From Eledone cirrhosa (lineage: Eukaryota): a stretch of DNA of 64,000 nt. Shown one piece after another: positions 61,130-64,000 of the stretch (positions within the stretch are counted from its first letter, which is position 1; every line of letters starts with the position of its first letter). The stretch lies in NCBI GenBank assembly GCA_964016885.1, contig OZ024740.1, positions 358,484,001-358,548,000 on the forward strand. Direction: 5' to 3'. The position numbers and the translations under genes were made by a program. Below the pieces are notes generated by a model. The model did no database searches, was not told the origin of the DNA, and saw nothing but the letters and a program-made list of their open reading frames with translations.

Positions 61130-61480
61130 ACTTTGACCTTAAATCTGTTCTTCAACACAATGGTAACAGTTGCTGATCAATCGCAATTGCTCACTAAGTT
61201 GGTATGAGTGAAGAGAAAGGGACAAAGACCCTAGTCCAAGCAAATATATTATTATGAGACTAGTAATGGGTGATCTGTATGGATTTGAAGATGGTGAATT
61301 TTCTCTTGGACCAGCCGAGTGGGTACACTAAATTTTCTCTTGGACGAGCCGAGTGGGTACACTGATTCATATGTCTCTTGGACAATAGTCTTCAAGAGGA
61401 ACACTGAGTCAGAAAGGTCTATGTTTACAAGATGCAATGGACAACATTGAGGCAAGAGCACATTCTTCATTTAAGAATTT
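61130..61480 (+). pseudogene. Second Chapaev3-like transposase remnant
   Basis: LKSVLQHNGN..IAH and WVICMDLKMVNFLLDQPSGYTKF; ~33-bp tandem duplication at 61297-61363. Confidence 0.7.
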
Positions 61481-61804
61481 CCTTGGAAACTATAGACAAA
61501 CAACCATGGAAGAATGCTATTCACGTGATGGTGGAGCATCCAACGTGAATGATCAGATTCGTCTCATCTCAGGAAATCTCAGAAGCGTGATTTAAATGAG
61601 ATATCTCAACGAAAATACATTTTCTGTGATCAGTGTTTCAAGTTTGTTTGAATTTAATATACTGTTTTCATACATCGCATTTAATTGATGTTAACACTAT
61701 TTTTGCTGGAATTTACCATACTTTAGTATTCAATTGACAACAACAGTGATAGCCGATCAGCAATCATATAATATTATATCTATTATATATATATATATAC
61801 ATAC

Positions 61805-61940
61805 AGTTACGTCCCTTTACGATCTGAGTTCAAATCCCGCCGAGGTTGACTTTGCCTTTCATCCTTACGGGGTCGATAAAATAAAGTACCAGTAATGCAC
61901 TGGGTAATTGCTGGCTTTGTGCCTAAAGTAGAAACAATTA
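61805..61940 (+). mobile_element. SINE, MetaSINE-like core (5'-truncated)
   Basis: Near-identical to the reverse complement of 10898-11032. Confidence 0.85.
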
Positions 61941-61985
61941 TATCTATTATATATATATATATATATATATTTATTGTATAGAAGG

Positions 61986-62036
61986 AGCTTCTACAGGACT
62001 AGAACTGTTTCATTCAGATGAAATCTTCAGGAAGCT
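61986..62036 (-). ncRNA. Hammerhead motif (17025/53748 family)
   Basis: Minus agcttc-CTGAAGA-tttcatctgaat-GAAAC-agttctagtcct-GTA-gaagct. Confidence 0.75.
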
Positions 62037-62154
62037 GGGTGTCATATTAAGTTCTGGTATTTATACATTTAGGTAGTGGTAAGGGAGGGGGGGGGGTAGG
62101 TTGGTATTTAGATACACAGGACCATAACATGGCACAGACCGTTTTTTCTTTGGG

Positions 62155-62430
62155 GAGTACAACGCATATATAGACGAGATCTTTTTTTAGACAGTTGTTG
62201 TTGAGGGGGCAAGTAGTCTTATCAGGGCAATTGCAATTGTCATCGGTTGCTGGATGGGCTTCGGAAAAAGTAGACTTATTTAGCTTATTGACGTTATTGT
62301 TGGCTAAGTTCCTAGCTAGATTAGGTGTGGTAGAGTAGGAGAGTCTGATGGTATTCTTATTAAGGATTGTATAGTACCTATGTTGGGTGGGGAAGTGTTT
62401 TTGTAGGAGAGTGAAGAAAATTTTAGCTGT
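62155..62430 (-). pseudogene. Naiad-type PLE thumb/Cys-linker fragment
   Basis: KIFFTLLQKHFP..ILNKNTIRLSYSTTPN..CNCPDKTTCPLNNNCLKKDLVY. Confidence 0.8.
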
Positions 62431-62526
62431 GTGTATGTATGTGTTTGTGTGTGTGTATGTATGTGCATGTATGTGTGTGTATATGTATGTATATGTATGT
62501 ATAGAATAGTTTATACCGAGAGACAT

Positions 62527-62578
<52 letters not shown>

Positions 62579-63146
62579 ACATATATATGTGTATGTATAT
62601 ATGTGTGTGTATGTGTATGCGTGTGTGCGTATATGTATGTGTATGTGCTTTTTTGTGTGTGTATATATATATATATGTATAGATATACATATATATGTGT
62701 GTGTAAGTGTTTATGTATGTGGTTGTGAGTATGTAAATATATTTTATTCTTTTCATTCTACAAAAACACTCTGGCCACCTGTAGCTTGTATGTTAACTTG
62801 ACCACTCACCATAGAACAATGGTCTGTGCCATGATTCGGTCTTGTTTATCTTCTAATACCAACCCACCTAAAAAAAATTTCCCTACTATATATCTGTTGA
62901 ATTACTATTCTTGGGGTTTTTATTTATTTTTATTTATTTATTTATTTATTCATTTATTTATTTATGTATTTATTTATTTACTTTTTCTTTTCTTTTTCTT
63001 TTTCTTTTTCTTTTTCTTTTTCTTTTTCTTTTTATTTTTATTTTACAAAAGCACTCCGACTAATTGACCACTCCCCAAAGAAAAAACGGTCTGTGCCATG
63101 TTATGGTCCTGTGTATCTAAATACCAACCTACCAAATATACGTACC

Positions 63147-63270
63147 AATCAAATATACGTACGAGAAGGTATACGTACCTTCACAAAACATACGGGTAGT
63201 ATATACTTACCTATGCAAATAAGTATGTTTTGTGAAGGTACGTATACCTTCTCGTACGTATATTTGATTG
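63147..63270. repeat. Perfect ~45-bp-arm hairpin
   Basis: aatcaaatatacgtacgagaaggtatacgtaccttcacaaaacatac with its reverse complement at 63223-63269. Confidence 0.9.
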
Positions 63271-63701
63271 CTATGGCGTATAATTTTTATATATTCTGGT
63301 ACATAGGGTTTGGCTATGTGCATACGGGAGTTTTTGCGTCTGTGTGATTATGTAGGTTCGTACGTATGGTGGGTGTGTGTATATGTGTACTTCTTGTTTT
63401 AGTTGACTTACGTCTCCGAACATTCGTGTATTTATATGTAGGTATGTGTGTGCGCTTGTTATATACGTATTTATTTATTTATATACGTTTATATAATTAT
63501 TTATTTATTTGTATACACGCATACACACACACATATTTATATGTGCGTGGTTTTGTATACCTATGGTAAGGTTTTGCGTATGCGTGTATGTACGTTTTTG
63601 TTTGTGTGTATGTATTTATTTATTACTTCTGTATTGTATTTATTTACTTTGTTCTTAACTCTGTAGCGGAGATTCATTTGGTCTCCTAGTTAGAATTTTA
63701 A

Positions 63702-63965
63702 GTCTACGACTTCTGCTGTACCATTTACGTGGTTTAGTCTTTGCGTGCTATTGTTCTCCACGGTCCACATATGACGTATTATCTTCGTTTTTTCGTTCAT
63801 TGCCAGAGAACGTCTCTATGCACCACCTAAGAGAACATTAGTCTACGACCTCTTTTATACCATAAACGTGGTTCTGTCTTTGCGCGTAAATGTTTTTCAC
63901 CGCTCCTATTAATGACGTATTATTCGTTTTTTCCCGTTCTTCGCCAGCGAACGTTTCCACGAACC
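63702..63965. repeat. Diverged ~139-bp tandem duplication
   Basis: gtctacgac..acgtggtt..gtctttgcg..atgacgtattat..ttcgtttttt..gccag.gaacgt at 63702 and 63841. Confidence 0.7.
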
Positions 63966-64000
63966 AAAGTATCGTCTTCCTGTCTTCCTCCGGTTGCAAC

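Overview
AT-rich, repeat-saturated animal genomic DNA with no confidently supported host gene. The microsatellite load, the SINE types and the RTE/Penelope mix resemble a cephalopod (octopus-like) genome, which is an inference. Most listed ORFs are microsatellite artefacts. Real coding remnants are a near-intact full-length RTE LINE (47822-51400, minus), many RTE fragments, a decayed Neptune-type Penelope-like element (PLE; about 22150-26545), Naiad-type PLE fragments, and remnants of Chapaev3-like and mariner transposases and an R4/Dong-type endonuclease. The most striking unannotated signal is about 20 type I hammerhead-ribozyme (HHR) motifs from roughly a dozen sequence families. Several lie in non-coding 420-660 nt units arranged as partial tandem plus inverted copies inside (TA)n tracts, an architecture like retrozymes or non-autonomous PLEs. 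Compensatory stem changes and U3:A8 core variants are visible between copies. All folds were read by eye and all boundaries are approximate.
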